From Candidatus Stammera capleta (lineage in GTDB: Bacteria; Pseudomonadota; Gammaproteobacteria; Enterobacterales; Enterobacteriaceae), in assembly GCA_036689255.1 (NCBI GenBank), contig CP144774.1, forward strand, positions 216,051 through 280,050: a stretch of DNA of 64,000 bases, given 5' to 3'. This document shows, in pieces, positions 31,416 through 44,970 of this stretch. Each line of letters starts with the position of its first letter. Positions within the stretch are counted from its first letter, which is position 1. Below the pieces are notes generated by a model, which saw nothing but the letters and a program-made list of their open reading frames with translations, was not told where the DNA came from and searched no databases. Made by a program: the position numbers and the translations under genes.

Positions 31416-32360
31416 ATGAATATAAACTTTAACACTTTTATACTTATTTTTATAATTATCGGATTTATATCCTATATATTAAAAAACATATTTATAAAAA
31501 TAGAACAAAAAACATATTTCAACTCAATCAAATACCCATTATTTATAAAAATAATTAAACATTCAGCAAATTTATTCAAAGAAACATATCCAATATTATT
31601 AATTATTTTTATATTTAGATCATTTTTTTATGAACCATTTAAAATACCATCAGCATCAATGATGCCTACATTATTAATAGGAGATTTTATAATCGTAGAA
31701 AAATTTTCATATTTTTTAAAAAACCCAATAACAAATAAAATAATATTATTTATATCTAAACCAAAATATGGAGATGTAGTTGTCTTTCAATACCCTAAAA
31801 ATACAAAAACATTATTTATAAAAAGAATAATAGGACTCCCAACAGATAAAATTATATACAATGAAAAAACAAAAGAAATCAAAATATATAAATTATATAA
31901 ACATAAATATATTCTAAACAAAAAAATTATTTCATATAGTAAAGAAAGAAATAGCAACTTTATAGAAGAAATAAACTTTTTAAAAAACAATATAAATGAA
32001 ATTTTTTGGAATAAAAATAATATAAAATATAAAAAACCAAATTCTATATTTTTAAATTTAATTGAAAAAAAAGAAAATATAAATAACATAAATTATAATA
32101 TACTATTAATTCCAAATATTTTATTAAAATATATTTATAAAAATAGCAGCACTAATAAAATAAAAACTTGGATAATTCCAAAAAATATGTATTTTGTCAT
32201 GGGAGACTATAGAGATAATAGTGAAGATAGTAGATATTGGGGGTTTGTACATCAAAATAATTTAATAGGAAAAGCTAAATACATATGGATGAGTTTAGAA
32301 AAAGAAGAAAATCATTGGTTACATAAAATCAGATTTGACAGAATAGGTAAAAAATTATAA
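31416..32360 (+). CDS. lepB: Signal peptidase I
   Basis: 314 aa with N-terminal TM segments. It has the catalytic Ser block PSASMMPTLL.GDFI.V.K, GD.VVF.YP, IKR..GLP.D and the box E motif MGDYRDNS.DSRYWGFV. Confidence 0.93.
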   Translation: MNINFNTFILIFIIIGFISYILKNIFIKIEQKTYFNSIKYPLFIKIIKHSANLFKETYPILLIIFIFRSFFYEPFKIPSASMMPTLLIGDFIIVEKFSYFLKNPITNKIILFISKPKYGDVVVFQYPKNTKTLFIKRIIGLPTDKIIYNEKTKEIKIYKLYKHKYILNKKIISYSKERNSNFIEEINFLKNNINEIFWNKNNIKYKKPNSIFLNLIEKKENINNINYNILLIPNILLKYIYKNSSTNKIKTWIIPKNMYFVMGDYRDNSEDSRYWGFVHQNNLIGKAKYIWMSLEKEENHWLHKIRFDRIGKKL

Positions 32361-32393
32361 ATATTCAAATAAATTAAATATAAAATTTAAACT

Positions 32394-33059
32394 ATGTACA
32401 TTAATACAAAAGATTTACAAAAAAAAATTAAATATAAATTTATTAACATAAAAATATTACTTTTATCACTAACTCATAGAAGTTACAGTAATAACCATAA
32501 TGAAAAATTAGAATTTCTTGGTGATTCAATACTAAATTTTTTAATTACTAAAAAAATATATAAATATTTTTCCAAAGAAAAAGAAGGATATATGACAAGA
32601 ATTAGATCAAATTTAGTAAATAGTAAAAATTTATTTAAAATAGCAAAAAAATTAAAACTAAATAAATATATTATTTTAGGTCAAGGAGAAACAAAAATGT
32701 TAGGACAATTCAAGAAATCAATATTATCAAATACAGTAGAAGCAATTATAGGAGGAGTATTTATAGATAGTAATAACATAAATATTATTGAAAAAATAGT
32801 TAATGATCTTTTTTTTAAAAATTTTAATCTAAAAAAAAACATCAAAGACCCAAAAACAATATTACAAGAATACTCACAAAAACTAAAATTACCATTACCT
32901 AAATATTTTATTGTAAAAAAACAAGGTAAAGATCATGAACAAATATTTACAATACATTGTAAAATGAAAAATTTAATAACTATAGGAAAAGGAAATAATA
33001 AAAAAACAGCTGAACAAATAGCAGCTAAAAAAGCACTAATTAATTTAGGCATAAATTAA
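32394..33059 (+). CDS. rnc: Ribonuclease III
   Basis: 221 aa. It has the signature LTHRSY....NEKLEFLGDSILN, NT.EA.IGG.F.DS and the dsRBD block DPKT.LQEY.Q...LPLP.Y......G..H.Q.F...C......GKG...K.AEQ.AA..AL. Confidence 0.94.
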   Translation: MYINTKDLQKKIKYKFINIKILLLSLTHRSYSNNHNEKLEFLGDSILNFLITKKIYKYFSKEKEGYMTRIRSNLVNSKNLFKIAKKLKLNKYIILGQGETKMLGQFKKSILSNTVEAIIGGVFIDSNNINIIEKIVNDLFFKNFNLKKNIKDPKTILQEYSQKLKLPLPKYFIVKKQGKDHEQIFTIHCKMKNLITIGKGNNKKTAEQIAAKKALINLGIN

Positions 33060-33949
33060 TGAATTTTAAAATAAAAAAAATAACACATACACAAAAATGT
33101 GCATATATACCAATAATAGGTAAATCAAATGTAGGTAAATCAACAATATTTAACAAATTAATTAAAAAAAAAATATCAATAACTTCAAAAAAAAAACACA
33201 CCACTCAACAAAATATAATAGGAATAAATACAAAAAAATATAATCAATATATTTTTATTGATACACCAGGATTTAAAAATAAATATAATTTTTTTATATA
33301 TATAAAAAAAACTATAAATTATATTAAAAAATATTTTAATATAAATTTCATTAATTTAATTATTCTAGTAATAGAAACAAAAATAAATTTAAAAGAAATT
33401 ACATTAATAAATAATATACATAAAATTAATATACCTATATTAATAATAATTAATAAAATAGACAAAATAAAAAATAAATCAATAATTTTACCTTATATTA
33501 ATAAAATAAAAAATAATCAAAAAAATATACATATAATACCTATTTCAGCTAAAAAAAAAACACACATTAATTATATTAAAAATAATTTTATTAAAAAATA
33601 TCTTACTAAACAAAAACACTATTTTAAATCAAAAATAAAAACTAATTGCAAAAATAATTTTATTATTTCTGAAATAATAAGAGAAAAAATAATCAGACTT
33701 ATAGGTGATGAAATACCTTACTCTATAAAAATAATTCTCGAAAAAATTATTTTTCAAAATAAAAAAACAAACATATTTATATTAATTTTAGTAAAAAAAA
33801 AACAACACATTAACATCATTATAGGTAAAAAAGGAAATAAAATTAAAAAAATTATTTATTTATCCAAAAAATCTATTTTAAAATATATAAAATCAACTAA
33901 AAAAATAAAATTATTTTTAAATATTAAAAAAAAAAAAAACAAAAAATAA
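33059..33949 (+). CDS. era: GTPase Era
   Basis: 296 aa. It has G1 [10 protein letters not shown]3 DTPG, G4 NKID and the KH-domain block REK..R..GDE.PYS. The start overlaps the rnc stop (TAATG). The C-terminus is poly-Lys. Confidence 0.9.
   Translation: MNFKIKKITHTQKCAYIPIIGKSNVGKSTIFNKLIKKKISITSKKKHTTQQNIIGINTKKYNQYIFIDTPGFKNKYNFFIYIKKTINYIKKYFNINFINLIILVIETKINLKEITLINNIHKINIPILIIINKIDKIKNKSIILPYINKIKNNQKNIHIIPISAKKKTHINYIKNNFIKKYLTKQKHYFKSKIKTNCKNNFIISEIIREKIIRLIGDEIPYSIKIILEKIIFQNKKTNIFILILVKKKQHINIIIGKKGNKIKKIIYLSKKSILKYIKSTKKIKLFLNIKKKKNKK
33926..33939 (+). repeat. A14 homopolymer near the 3' end of era (poly-Lys tail)
   Basis: Counted directly: 14 consecutive A residues at 33926-33939. 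Confidence 0.95.
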
Positions 33950-33951
33950 TT

Positions 33952-34605
33952 ATGATAAATTGGAAATATATTATAAATAAAGAAAAAAAAAACAAATACT
34001 TCAAAAAATTATTACTTTTTTTAAAACATGAATATAAACACAAAAAAATATTCCCAAAAAAAAATCATATATTTAATGCTTTTAAATTAACTAAATTTGA
34101 AAAATTAAAAGTTGTTATTATAGGACAAGATCCATATTATAACAAAAAACAAGCACATGGTTTAGCATTTTCAGTAAGATCTAATATAAAAAACATACCA
34201 CCATCAATACAAAATATATATAAAGAAATAAAAAAAGAATATCCAAAATACAATATACCTAAAAATGGTTGTTTGAAGAATTGGGCTAAACAAGATATTT
34301 TATTATTAAATAGTATTTTAACTGTAGAAGAAAAAAAACCTAAATCACATAAAAATCAAGGTTGGGAAATTTTTACAAATAAAATTATATGTTACATAAA
34401 TAAATATCTAAAAAACATAGTATTTTTATTATGGGGGTATAACGCACAAAAAAAAACACTTTTAATTAATAATAAAAAACACCTCATTTTAAAAACATCA
34501 CATCCATCTCCTTTATCAGTAAACAAAGGCTTCAATGGATGTAATCATTTTAAAAAAACAAATCTTTTTTTACAAAAAATAAATAAAAAAAAAATAATCT
34601 GGTAA
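33952..34605 (+). CDS. ung: Uracil-DNA glycosylase
   Basis: 217 aa. Blocks: [18 protein letters not shown]...[41 protein letters not shown]. Confidence 0.93.
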   Translation: MINWKYIINKEKKNKYFKKLLLFLKHEYKHKKIFPKKNHIFNAFKLTKFEKLKVVIIGQDPYYNKKQAHGLAFSVRSNIKNIPPSIQNIYKEIKKEYPKYNIPKNGCLKNWAKQDILLLNSILTVEEKKPKSHKNQGWEIFTNKIICYINKYLKNIVFLLWGYNAQKKTLLINNKKHLILKTSHPSPLSVNKGFNGCNHFKKTNLFLQKINKKKIIW

Positions 34606-34611
34606 ATAATT

Positions 34612-35613
34612 TTAATCAAAACCTACAAAATTATTAACTTTTTTCAACACCTTCTTAGATATTTTACTTGCTTTATGTGATCCTTTTTTTAAAATTTCTT
34701 TTAATAATCTTTCTTTATTACGAAAATAATAATATTTTTCTTGCAGTTTAGATAAAAAATGAAAAATTTCTTTTGAAATATAATCTTTAAAATCACTATA
34801 TTTAAAATTAATAAATTCTTTTTCTAAATCAATTATATTAATATTTTTAACAGAAGATAATATATTTAATAAATTAGAAATACCTGGCTTGTTAAGCATA
34901 TCATAAATTATTCTTGGAGGATTATCTGAATCAGTAACAGCATTTCTGATTTTAAGTTTTAATTTATCAGGATTATCTAACAATAATATTAAATTATTTT
35001 TATTAAAATCAGACTTAGACATTTTCACTTTAGGATTTAATAATGACATAATCCTTGACTTACCTTTAATAACAAGATATTCAGGTATTTTAAATACATC
35101 ATAAAAAAAAAAATTATTAAATCTATTTGCAATATTTCTAATAAACTCTACATGTTGTATTTGATCATCACCAATTAAAACATAATCTGTTTCATACAAC
35201 AAAACATCTGATGCCATAAGTACAGGATAAGTAAATAAACCACTATTATTTAATAATTTTATATTTTTAAATTTATTTTTAAATTGTGTCATACGATTTA
35301 ATTCACCTACATACGTATAACAATTTAATATCCAATATAATTTAAAATGCTCAATTATATCAGATTGTAAAAAAATAATACATTTTTTATTATCAATACC
35401 TAAAGCTAACAATATAGAAAGCAAATCTAAAATATTTTTTTTTAAAATAACAGAATTTATATTAGAAGTAATAGAATGAAGATCTGCTATACAAAAAAAA
35501 CACTTAAATTTATCCTGAAAATTTTTTAATCGACTTAAAACAGATACATAATGTCCAATAGTCAATTGACCTGTAGGTTGTATACCACTAAAAACTATTT
35601 GTTTAATACACAT
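34612..35613 (-). CDS. trpS: Tryptophanyl-tRNA synthetase
   Basis: 333 aa. It has VFSGIQPTGQLTIGHY (HIGH-like), ADLH.IT, YPVLMA.D.LLY....V.IG.DQ.QH.E and the KMSKS motif. Confidence 0.94.
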   Translation of the reverse strand: MCIKQIVFSGIQPTGQLTIGHYVSVLSRLKNFQDKFKCFFCIADLHSITSNINSVILKKNILDLLSILLALGIDNKKCIIFLQSDIIEHFKLYWILNCYTYVGELNRMTQFKNKFKNIKLLNNSGLFTYPVLMASDVLLYETDYVLIGDDQIQHVEFIRNIANRFNNFFFYDVFKIPEYLVIKGKSRIMSLLNPKVKMSKSDFNKNNLILLLDNPDKLKLKIRNAVTDSDNPPRIIYDMLNKPGISNLLNILSSVKNINIIDLEKEFINFKYSDFKDYISKEIFHFLSKLQEKYYYFRNKERLLKEILKKGSHKASKISKKVLKKVNNFVGFD

Positions 35614-35761
35614 AAAATAATGAATATTTTAATTATTAAATAAATTAACCTGTTTATTGAAAAAATTTAAAAATTTAATTTAATTTCATCTAACATAAAT
35701 ATATATAATTTAAAAAATTTATTTTTTTAAAAAACTTAACATATTAATAAAAACAGTGTTT

Positions 35762-38700
35762 TTATTCTTTAAATGCTTTTCCATTAAAAAATAAATTACC
35801 ATTATTATTTAAATATTTATATTTTTTATTATGATAAGTATATCCTGTACCAGAAGGTATTAATCTTCCTACAATTACATTTTCTTTCAAACCTCTTAAT
35901 TCATCAATTTTACCAGAAACTGCAGATTCTGTTAATATTCTTGTTGTTTCTTGAAATGATGCTGCAGATATAAAAGATTCAGTAGATAAAGAAGCTTTAG
36001 TAATACCTAATAAATTACGTTTATATTTAATTTCTCGTTTTCCATTTAACTTCAAATCAAGATTAACTAATCTAACTCTAGATAAATCTAATTGCTCATT
36101 ATTCAAATAACAAGAATCTCCAGAATCAATAATAGTAACTCTACGTAACATCTGTTTTATGATAACTTCAATATGTTTATCATTAATTTTAACTCCTTGT
36201 AATCTATAAACATTTTGAACTTCATTAGTAATATATTTAGTAACTTCCTGTACTCCTTTTAACCTTAAAATATCATGAGCAGATTCAAAACCATCAGAAA
36301 TAATATCCCCTTTTTCAACTAATTCACCTTCAAATACATTTAACTGCCTCCATTTAGGAATCATTTCTTCATGAATTTTTTCTTTATTAACTGAAGTTAT
36401 AAGTAAACGACGTTTTCCTTTTGTTTCTCTACCAAAACTAACATATCCAGAAATTTCTGACAGTATAGCTATATCTTTAGGTTTTCTAGCTTCAAATAAA
36501 TCAGCAACTCTCGGTAAACCACCAGTTATATCTTTAGTAACACTATGTTCTTGAGAAACTTTAGCTAATATATCTCCAGAATTAACAAATGAATAATTCT
36601 CCACTTGAATAATAGATTTATCAGGTAAAAAATATTGAGCAACAATATCAGTTCCTGGAATATATAAATCATTACCTTTTTCATCAACTATTTTTATAGA
36701 AGGTCTAAATTGCTTATTAACATTAATAACTCTATCTGTATAATCTAATACAACTATAGAAGATAAACCAGTTAATTCATCAGTTTGTTTCATAATTGTT
36801 TTACCTTCATACATATCTATAAAACGCAAAAACCCACTTATTTCTGAAATAATAGGTATAATATGAGGATCCCATTTTACAACCACTTCACCAGAAGACA
36901 CTTTTGAACCATTCTCTTTTTCTAAAATTGATCCATAAGGTACTTTATAATCTTCTTTAATTAAACCAAACTTATCTACAATTTTTAATTCAACATTTCT
37001 AGAAGTAACAACAAATTTATTCATCAAATTAATAACATATTTAAAGTTTAATAATTTTATGAAACCATTATTTTTAACCTTTATACTAGATTCAGATGCA
37101 ATTCTAGAAGCTGCACCTCCTACATGAAAAGTTCTCATCGTTAATTGAGTTCCTGGTTCTCCTATAGATTGAGCTGCTATTACACCAATAGCTTCACCTT
37201 TATTTATTAAATGACCTCTAGCCAAATCTAAACCATAACAAAACGAACAAACTCCAAAATTAGTATTACATGTAACAACAGAACGTACTTTTACACTATA
37301 AATAGAATATTTATCTATTAATTTACAATGATATTCATTTAACAAAGTATCCTTGGCAATCAATAAAATATCACTATTAGGATGATAAATATTATCTAGT
37401 AAAACTCTCCCTATAATTCTATCCTTTAAAGGTTCTTTTATATCTCCTCCTTCTATGATTGGAGTCATTAATAAACCTTCCATAGTATTACAATTATCTT
37501 CTATAACCACTAAATCTTGAGCTACATCAACTAAACGTCTAGTTAAATAACCAGAATTTGCAGTTTTTAAAGCTGTATCAGCTAATCCTTTTCTTGCACC
37601 ATGAGTAGAAATAAAATATTGTAATATATTTAAACCTTCTTTAAAATTAGCTGTAATAGGAGTTTCTATAATAGAACCATCAGGTTTAGCCATCAAACCT
37701 CTCATTCCAGCCAATTGCCTAATTTGAGCTGCAGAACCCCTCGCCCCAGAATCAGCCATCATAAAAACACTATTAAAAGAAACTTTCTTTTTTAAATAAC
37801 CATTTTCTTCAATTACATCAATGGATAAATTATCCATCATTGATCTAACAATACGTTCATTTGCTGAAGACCAAATATCAATAACTTTATTATATTTTTC
37901 ACCCAATGTAACTAAACCAGATTGAAATTGTTCTTGAATTTCTGTAACTTCTTTTTCTGCTTCTTTTAATATTACACTTTTATTTTTAGGTATCATAATA
38001 TCATCAATACCTACAGATAAACCTGAAATAGTAGCATATTTAAAACCAATATACATAATATTATCCGCAAAAATAACAGTTTCCTTTAAACCTAAAGTTT
38101 GATAACAAACATTAAGTAAATTAGATATTTCACTTTTATCTAAAACTTTATTAATCAAAGAAAAACTTAAACCTTTAGGAACAATATTCCATAATATTGA
38201 TCTACCTATAGTAGTATTAACAACTTGGCTTTTTGTTCTAGTTTCTTTATTTTCCTTATAATATTCAATGATTTTTACTTTAACCTTTGCGTGAAGAGAA
38301 ACTAAATCACTATTATAAACATATTCTGCTTCATTAGAAGATGACAATAACATTCCTTCACCTAAAACATTTATATCTTCCCTAGTCATATAATATATAC
38401 CTAAAACAACATCTTGAGATGGAACAATAACTGGATCTCCACTTGCAGGAGATAAAATATTATTAGTTGACATCATTAAAGCTCGAGCTTCTAATTGAGC
38501 TTCTAAAGTTAATGGAATATGAACTGCCATCTGATCTCCATCAAAATCAGCATTATAAGAAGCACATACTAAAGGATGTAATTGTATAGCCTTCCCTTCA
38601 ACTAATAAAGGTTCAAATGCTTGAATACCTAAACGATGCAAAGTAGGTGCTCTATTTAACAAAACTGGATGCTGTTTGATAACTTCAGATAAAACATCCC

Positions 38701-39925
38701 AAACAATAGAATCCTCTCTTTCAACCATTTTTTTTGCAGATTTTACAGTATTTGCATGACCATCATTTTCTAATTTGCCATAAACAAAAGGTTTAAATAA
38801 CTCTAAAGCCATTTTCTTAGGTAAACCACATTGATGTAATTTCAAATATGGTCCTACAGTAATAACTGATCTTCCAGAATAATCAACTCTTTTTCCTAAC
38901 AAATTTTGTCTAAATCTTCCTTGTTTTCCTTTAATCATATCTGATAATGATTTTAATGGTCTTTTATTAGAACCTATTATAGAAAAACCTCTTCGACCAT
39001 TATCTAACAATGCATCTACAGATTCTTGCAACATTCTTTTTTCATTTCTAATAATAATATCAGGAGCAGATAAATCCAAAAGTCTTTTTAAACGATTATT
39101 ACGATTAATAACTCTACGATATAAATCATTAAGATCAGAAGTAGCAAATCTTCCCCCATCTAAAGGAACCAAGGGTCGTAAATCTGGAGGTAATACTGGT
39201 AAAACTTTTAATATCATCCATTCCGGTTTATTACCTGAATGTATGAAAGACTCCACCAATTTTAATCTCTTTATTATTTTTTTATTTTTAGTTTCAGAAT
39301 TACTGAATTGCAAGCTATTATATAATAATTTATAAATATCTTGTAAATTAATATTTTTCAATAAATATTGAATAGCTTCAGCACCCATCTTAGCAATAAA
39401 ATTATCTCTATACCTATTAAAATAATCCAAATATTGATCTTCATCTAATAATTGATACAAATTTAAATCAGTTGTTCCTGAATCAATAACAATATATGAT
39501 TCAAAATATAAAATTTTTTCAATATCTCTTAACGGGATATCTAACAATAAACCTATTCTAGAAGGTAAAGACTTCAAAAACCAGATATGAGCTATAGGAG
39601 AAGCTAATTCTATATGACCCATTCTTTCACGACGAACCTTCATTTGAGTTACTTCAACACCACATTTCTCACAAACAATACCTCTATGTTTTAACCTCTT
39701 ATATTTTCCGCATAAACATTCAAAATCTTTAATAGGACCAAATATACGAGAACAAAATAATCCATCTCTTTCTGGTTTAAATGTACGATAATTAATCGTC
39801 TCAGGTTTCTTTACCTCACCATATGACCATGACCTAATCACATCTGGTGAAGCTAAAGATATTTTTATAGAATTAAACTCTTTATTTTTAGATTTAAATG
39901 TTAAAAAATCAATAAAATTATTCAC
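35762..39925 (-). CDS. rpoC: DNA-directed RNA polymerase beta' subunit (GTG start)
   Basis: 1387 aa versus 1407 in E. coli. It is near-identical to E. coli over long blocks ([33 protein letters not shown], and [12 protein letters not shown] for the catalytic Mg site). GTG at 39923-39925 matches the E. coli start codon. Confidence 0.98.
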   Translation of the reverse strand: MNNFIDFLTFKSKNKEFNSIKISLASPDVIRSWSYGEVKKPETINYRTFKPERDGLFCSRIFGPIKDFECLCGKYKRLKHRGIVCEKCGVEVTQMKVRRERMGHIELASPIAHIWFLKSLPSRIGLLLDIPLRDIEKILYFESYIVIDSGTTDLNLYQLLDEDQYLDYFNRYRDNFIAKMGAEAIQYLLKNINLQDIYKLLYNSLQFSNSETKNKKIIKRLKLVESFIHSGNKPEWMILKVLPVLPPDLRPLVPLDGGRFATSDLNDLYRRVINRNNRLKRLLDLSAPDIIIRNEKRMLQESVDALLDNGRRGFSIIGSNKRPLKSLSDMIKGKQGRFRQNLLGKRVDYSGRSVITVGPYLKLHQCGLPKKMALELFKPFVYGKLENDGHANTVKSAKKMVEREDSIVWDVLSEVIKQHPVLLNRAPTLHRLGIQAFEPLLVEGKAIQLHPLVCASYNADFDGDQMAVHIPLTLEAQLEARALMMSTNNILSPASGDPVIVPSQDVVLGIYYMTREDINVLGEGMLLSSSNEAEYVYNSDLVSLHAKVKVKIIEYYKENKETRTKSQVVNTTIGRSILWNIVPKGLSFSLINKVLDKSEISNLLNVCYQTLGLKETVIFADNIMYIGFKYATISGLSVGIDDIMIPKNKSVILKEAEKEVTEIQEQFQSGLVTLGEKYNKVIDIWSSANERIVRSMMDNLSIDVIEENGYLKKKVSFNSVFMMADSGARGSAAQIRQLAGMRGLMAKPDGSIIETPITANFKEGLNILQYFISTHGARKGLADTALKTANSGYLTRRLVDVAQDLVVIEDNCNTMEGLLMTPIIEGGDIKEPLKDRIIGRVLLDNIYHPNSDILLIAKDTLLNEYHCKLIDKYSIYSVKVRSVVTCNTNFGVCSFCYGLDLARGHLINKGEAIGVIAAQSIGEPGTQLTMRTFHVGGAASRIASESSIKVKNNGFIKLLNFKYVINLMNKFVVTSRNVELKIVDKFGLIKEDYKVPYGSILEKENGSKVSSGEVVVKWDPHIIPIISEISGFLRFIDMYEGKTIMKQTDELTGLSSIVVLDYTDRVINVNKQFRPSIKIVDEKGNDLYIPGTDIVAQYFLPDKSIIQVENYSFVNSGDILAKVSQEHSVTKDITGGLPRVADLFEARKPKDIAILSEISGYVSFGRETKGKRRLLITSVNKEKIHEEMIPKWRQLNVFEGELVEKGDIISDGFESAHDILRLKGVQEVTKYITNEVQNVYRLQGVKINDKHIEVIIKQMLRRVTIIDSGDSCYLNNEQLDLSRVRLVNLDLKLNGKREIKYKRNLLGITKASLSTESFISAASFQETTRILTESAVSGKIDELRGLKENVIVGRLIPSGTGYTYHNKKYKYLNNNGNLFFNGKAFKE

Positions 39926-39969
39926 AATTATTATACCTATAAAAAATAAACAAAATTATTTATTTAAAA

Positions 39970-42900
39970 TTATTTTTTTAATTCAATATTAATAGCTAAA
40001 GAACAAATCTCTTTTAATAAAACATTAAAAGATTCAGGCATACCAGGATCCATCTGATGATTATTATTAATTATATTTTTATATATTTTACTTCTACCAT
40101 CCACATCATCAGATTTCACAGTCAACATTTCTTGTAAAGTATATGAAGCTCCATATGCTTCCAAAGCCCAAACTTCCATTTCACCAAATCTTTGACCACC
40201 AAATTGAGATTTACCACCCAAAGGTTGTTGAGTAACTAAACTATATGAACCAGTAGATCTTGCATGCATTTTATCATCAACTAAATGATTCAATTTCATC
40301 ATATACATATAACCTACAGTAACAGGTCTTTCTATTTTATTTCCTGTTAAACCATCATATAAATTAATTTGACCAGATAAAGGAACACCTGCTAGTTTTA
40401 ACAAAGATTTTATTTCCGTTTCTTTTATTCCATCAAACACTGGAGTAGATATAGGAAAACCTTTTCTTAAATTTTTAATTAAAACTAACAATTCATCATC
40501 ACTAAATTTATCTAAATTAACATGTGAAATACTATTTCCTAAATTATATATTTTTTGAATAAATTTTTTAATTTTTAATATGTTAATCTTGTTTTTCACC
40601 ATCATACTTATTTTATTACCTATTGACTTAGCCGCCATCCCTAAATGGGTTTCTAAAATTTGTCCAATATTCATTCTAGAAGGAACTCCCAATGGATTTA
40701 AAACTATATCTATTGGTACTCCATAATCATCATAAGGCATATCTTCTACAGGACATATTTTAGATATAACACCTTTATTTCCATGTCTACCAGCCATTTT
40801 ATCACCTATTTGTATATGTCTTTTAACAGCTAAATAAACTTTTACAATTTTTAAAACACCTGGAGATAATTCGTCACTATGTTTAATTTTTAAAATTGAT
40901 TTTTCTATCTTTTCTTTAAAAATAAATTCTATATTTCTATAATCTTGAATTAATTTTTCAATTTTTTGTTTAACATCTATATTTTTTATATCTAAAAATA
41001 ATATTTTTTCGTACGTTATATTATTTAAATCAATATTAAATAAACCATCATCATTATAACTCTTTAAAATATCTTTAATACTTAATATTATTGATTCTTG
41101 AAAATAAATCATTTCTTTATTAAAATTATTTCTAATAAAATTTATTTTCATTTCCTCAATTTCTAAAGATCTCTTATCTTTAGAAATACCTTCTCTTGTA
41201 AAAACATTAACATCAATTACTGTTCCATAACAACCATCTGGTACTCTTAATGAAGAATCTTTTACCTCAGAAGCTTTTTCCCCAAAAATAGCTCTTAAAA
41301 GTTTTTCCTCAGGAGTTAATTGAGTTTCTCCTCTTGGAGTAACTTTGCCTACCAAAATATCACCACTCGCAACTTCTGCACCAATATAAACTATACCACT
41401 ATCATCTAATTTAGATAAAAGAGACTCACTTACATTAGGTATATCAGAAGTAATTTCTTCACATCCCAATTTAGTATCTCTAGATATACAAGAAAATTCT
41501 TGTATATGTATTGTGGTAAATATATCTTTTTGAACTATACGTTCAGATATTAAAATAGAATCTTCAAAATTATAACCATTCCAAGACATAAAAGCTACAC
41601 GTATATTTTGACCTAAAGCCAATTCACCTAAATCAGTTGAAGGACCATCAGCTAAAACATCTCCTTCATTTATTCTTTCATTTAACAAAACACAAGGCTT
41701 TTGATTAACACAAGTATTTTGATTAGAACGATAATATTTAATTAAATTATAAATATCAACTTTTAAATTAATATCATCATTAATGTGATATTTTTTATCT
41801 GTATAAACAATTATCTTAGTTGAATCTATATATTTAATAAAACCTGATCTTTTAGCTATAACAGAAACACCAGAATCATAAGAAACTATGCGCTCCATAC
41901 CTGTACCTACCAAAGGCTTATTTGATATAATAGATGGAACAGATTGTCTCTGCATATTAGCTCCCATTAAAGCTCTATTAGCATCATCATGTTCTAAAAA
42001 AGGGATTAAAGAAGCTCCTACAGATACTATTTGTTGATTAGAAACATCCATATAATTAATATCTTTACTATTAAATAAACTAAATTCTCCATTATAACGA
42101 CAAACAACAAATTCTTTAATAATTCTATTAAAATTATCTAATTCAATATTAGCTTGTGCAATAATAAAATTACTTTCTTCAATAGCAGATAAATAAATAA
42201 TTTTATCAATTACATATCCATTATTAACAGATCTATAAGGAGTAACCAAAAAACCGTAACTATCTACTTTCGCATATATAGATAATGAATTTATTAATCC
42301 AATATTTGGACCTTCTGGAGTTTCTATGGGACAAACTCTTCCATAATGTGTATGATGAATATCTCTTACTTCAAAACCAGCTCTTTCTCTAGTTAAACCA
42401 CCAGGACCTAAAGCAGAAATTCTACGTTTATGAGTTATTTCTGACAAAGGATTATTTTGATCCATAAACTGAGATAATTGACTAGAACAAAAAAAATCTT
42501 TAATTATAGCAGATAAAGGTTTAGCATTAATCAAATCTTGAGGAGTTAAATTATCAATATCTCCTAATGTTAAACGTTCTTTAATAGATCTTTCAATTCT
42601 TACTAAACCTATACGAAACTGATTTTCTATCATTTCACCTACTGATCTTACTCTTCTATTTCCTAAATGATCAATATCATCAATTTTTCCTTTACCATTT
42701 CTAATATCTATTAATTTCTTAATGGTATTGATAATATCTTTATCTGTTAAAATCAATAATTTAATATTATTATCTAAAGATTTATTTAATTTCATTCTAC
42801 CTACAATAGATAAATCATATTTACCTAAAGAAAAAAACAAATTCTTAAATAATATTTTTGCAGCATCTAAAGTTGGTGGTTCACCTGGTCTTATCATTCT

Positions 42901-43980
42901 ATAAATTTCTAAAAGAGAAGAATTATAATCAAAAACATTATCTAAACGCAACGTTTCGGAAATATAAGCACCGCTATACAACTCATTCGTATATAAAACT
43001 TTTAATTTAGAATAACCATTATTAAATATCATATTTATGATATTTAAATCTAAAATTGTATTAGCTAAAAAAACATCATTATTTATCTTATAATTTATTG
43101 CTAAAATTTTACCAACAAGATAACTAATAGGAATTTTTATTAATTTTACATTTTCCTTTATTAATTTTTTTATATGATTTGAATTTATTCTAGTATCAGA
43201 TTTAACATAACATTTTCCTTTAAATTTTATATCAAAATTTAAAGTTTCACCCCTTAATCTTTCAGGAACCAAATACATAAATATTTTGTTTTTTTTTTTT
43301 TGAAATATTACAAAATCAAAAAAAATCTTTAAAATTTGTTCCACATCATAATTTAAAGCTTTTAATATAATTGATACAGGTAATTTTCTTTTACGATCAA
43401 CTCTAAAATATAAATGATCTCTAATATCAAACTCAAAATCTAACCAAGATCCTCTGTAAGGTATAATTCTTGCACTATACAATATCTTTCCAGAAGAATG
43501 ATTTTTCCCTTTATCACTATCAAAAAAAACTCCAGGACTACGATGTAATTGAGATACCACTACTCTTTCAGTTCCATTAATTATAAATGTACCTTTATTA
43601 GTCATTAAAGGTATATCACCCATATAAACTTCTTGTTCTTTTATACATTTTTCAACTTTACCGTCATAAATCATAAAACACAATTTAACTTTTAAAGAAG
43701 AAAAATAAGTTAATCCTTTAATATGACATTCAAAATCACTAAACAATGGATCACAAAATCTATAACTAATATAATTTAATGAAATATTTTTATTATAACT
43801 AAAAATCGGAAACACAGATTTAAAAGACAAATCTAAACCGGAAAAATTACCTTTACCACCATACAAAAAATTATTATATGAATCTATTTGAATAGACAAT
43901 AAATATGGTATATCTAAAATATTCAAAGTTTTACCAAAATTTTTACGTATACGTTTTTTTTCAGTATTAGTATAAATCAT
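39970..43980 (-). CDS. rpoB: DNA-directed RNA polymerase beta subunit
   Basis: 1336 aa versus 1342 in E. coli. It starts [13 protein letters not shown] and has [24 protein letters not shown], the Rif-cluster region [29 protein letters not shown] and NMQRQ.VP. Confidence 0.98.
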   Translation of the reverse strand: MIYTNTEKKRIRKNFGKTLNILDIPYLLSIQIDSYNNFLYGGKGNFSGLDLSFKSVFPIFSYNKNISLNYISYRFCDPLFSDFECHIKGLTYFSSLKVKLCFMIYDGKVEKCIKEQEVYMGDIPLMTNKGTFIINGTERVVVSQLHRSPGVFFDSDKGKNHSSGKILYSARIIPYRGSWLDFEFDIRDHLYFRVDRKRKLPVSIILKALNYDVEQILKIFFDFVIFQKKKNKIFMYLVPERLRGETLNFDIKFKGKCYVKSDTRINSNHIKKLIKENVKLIKIPISYLVGKILAINYKINNDVFLANTILDLNIINMIFNNGYSKLKVLYTNELYSGAYISETLRLDNVFDYNSSLLEIYRMIRPGEPPTLDAAKILFKNLFFSLGKYDLSIVGRMKLNKSLDNNIKLLILTDKDIINTIKKLIDIRNGKGKIDDIDHLGNRRVRSVGEMIENQFRIGLVRIERSIKERLTLGDIDNLTPQDLINAKPLSAIIKDFFCSSQLSQFMDQNNPLSEITHKRRISALGPGGLTRERAGFEVRDIHHTHYGRVCPIETPEGPNIGLINSLSIYAKVDSYGFLVTPYRSVNNGYVIDKIIYLSAIEESNFIIAQANIELDNFNRIIKEFVVCRYNGEFSLFNSKDINYMDVSNQQIVSVGASLIPFLEHDDANRALMGANMQRQSVPSIISNKPLVGTGMERIVSYDSGVSVIAKRSGFIKYIDSTKIIVYTDKKYHINDDINLKVDIYNLIKYYRSNQNTCVNQKPCVLLNERINEGDVLADGPSTDLGELALGQNIRVAFMSWNGYNFEDSILISERIVQKDIFTTIHIQEFSCISRDTKLGCEEITSDIPNVSESLLSKLDDSGIVYIGAEVASGDILVGKVTPRGETQLTPEEKLLRAIFGEKASEVKDSSLRVPDGCYGTVIDVNVFTREGISKDKRSLEIEEMKINFIRNNFNKEMIYFQESIILSIKDILKSYNDDGLFNIDLNNITYEKILFLDIKNIDVKQKIEKLIQDYRNIEFIFKEKIEKSILKIKHSDELSPGVLKIVKVYLAVKRHIQIGDKMAGRHGNKGVISKICPVEDMPYDDYGVPIDIVLNPLGVPSRMNIGQILETHLGMAAKSIGNKISMMVKNKINILKIKKFIQKIYNLGNSISHVNLDKFSDDELLVLIKNLRKGFPISTPVFDGIKETEIKSLLKLAGVPLSGQINLYDGLTGNKIERPVTVGYMYMMKLNHLVDDKMHARSTGSYSLVTQQPLGGKSQFGGQRFGEMEVWALEAYGASYTLQEMLTVKSDDVDGRSKIYKNIINNNHQMDPGMPESFNVLLKEICSLAINIELKK
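43289..43301 (-). repeat. A13 homopolymer (T13 on the + strand) inside rpoB (codes QKKKNK)
   Basis: Counted directly: 13 consecutive T residues on the + strand at 43289-43301, within the rpoB coding sequence. Confidence 0.95.
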
Positions 43981-44028
43981 ATAAATACCACAATTTATTT
44001 AAAATATTTTAAAATTTTTATAAAAAAA

Positions 44029-44397
44029 TTATTTAATTTCTATAACAGCCCCCGCTTCTTCTAAAGATTTTTTTAAAATATTTAAATCTTTTTCATTTAT
44101 TTTTTCTTTAATTAAAATAGGACATGATTCAACTAAATCTTTAGATTCTTTTAAACCTAAATTCATAAAATTACGTATTATTTTTATAACCGCAATTTTA
44201 TTATTTCCTATATTTTTTAAATATACATCAAATTCCGTTTTTTTATCTTCTTTTTGCACATCTTTAGAAAAACTATTTACCTGATAATCAGATGAAGAAA
44301 TACTAAATTTCTTCTCTATATCACTAATCAATTCCAAAATTTCAGTTAAAGACATCGAAGATATTTTTTGTAATATTTCTTCTTTATTATTTAGCAT
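44029..44397 (-). CDS. rplL: 50S ribosomal protein L7/L12
   Basis: 122 aa. Blocks: MS..E..ELI...E.KF, KTEFDV.LK..G.NK.AVIK..R....LGLKE.KDLVES.P, L...LEEAGA..E.K. Confidence 0.95.
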   Translation of the reverse strand: MLNNKEEILQKISSMSLTEILELISDIEKKFSISSSDYQVNSFSKDVQKEDKKTEFDVYLKNIGNNKIAVIKIIRNFMNLGLKESKDLVESCPILIKEKINEKDLNILKKSLEEAGAVIEIK

Positions 44398-44420
44398 AAA
44401 ATTACCTATTAAATAAATAT

Positions 44421-44927
44421 TTAATACTTCTTTTTTTCACTTACTAATTTCAAAACATTTAATAATCTTACTACTGATATTTTTTTAAGCAAAAAAACAA
44501 AATACAATAATGCTTTATCAAAAGAAACAAAAATAGATAATTTATTATTCAATGATAATGGAACTAATTTATTTTCAATAAACAAAGCTTTTAATTCTAA
44601 TTTACTTTTATATTTATTTAAATAAGGTTTTAATAACCTAGAAGCAAAACCAGGAACACTCACAGAAAAAACTAATAATGTAGAATTAATAAAAAATTGA
44701 CCCAAAGACTCAAAAATAGTATTTTTTACAACTAATTTTAATAAACTATTACGAGTCATTACCATAAATACATTATTTTTACCATTTTTATTTATATTTT
44801 TTCTTAAATCATTTATTTCATTAGCAGTAAAATTAAAATAATTTATAACTATAACAGATAAAGATTTATTAAATAAGTTCTTTATATTTAACACTAATTT
44901 CTTTTTTTCTTTTAATTTTAAAACCAT
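44421..44927 (-). CDS. rplJ: 50S ribosomal protein L10
   Basis: 168 aa in the conserved position between rplA and rplL. It shows an N-terminal L10-like layout (M.L.L..K...V..........S..V.......T..E...LRK; V.RN.LL). The sequence is diverged. Confidence 0.85.
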   Translation of the reverse strand: MVLKLKEKKKLVLNIKNLFNKSLSVIVINYFNFTANEINDLRKNINKNGKNNVFMVMTRNSLLKLVVKNTIFESLGQFFINSTLLVFSVSVPGFASRLLKPYLNKYKSKLELKALFIENKLVPLSLNNKLSIFVSFDKALLYFVFLLKKISVVRLLNVLKLVSEKKKY

Positions 44928-44970
44928 AAAAACCTTAAATAAAAAATTATTTTTTTAAAAAAAATAAAAA

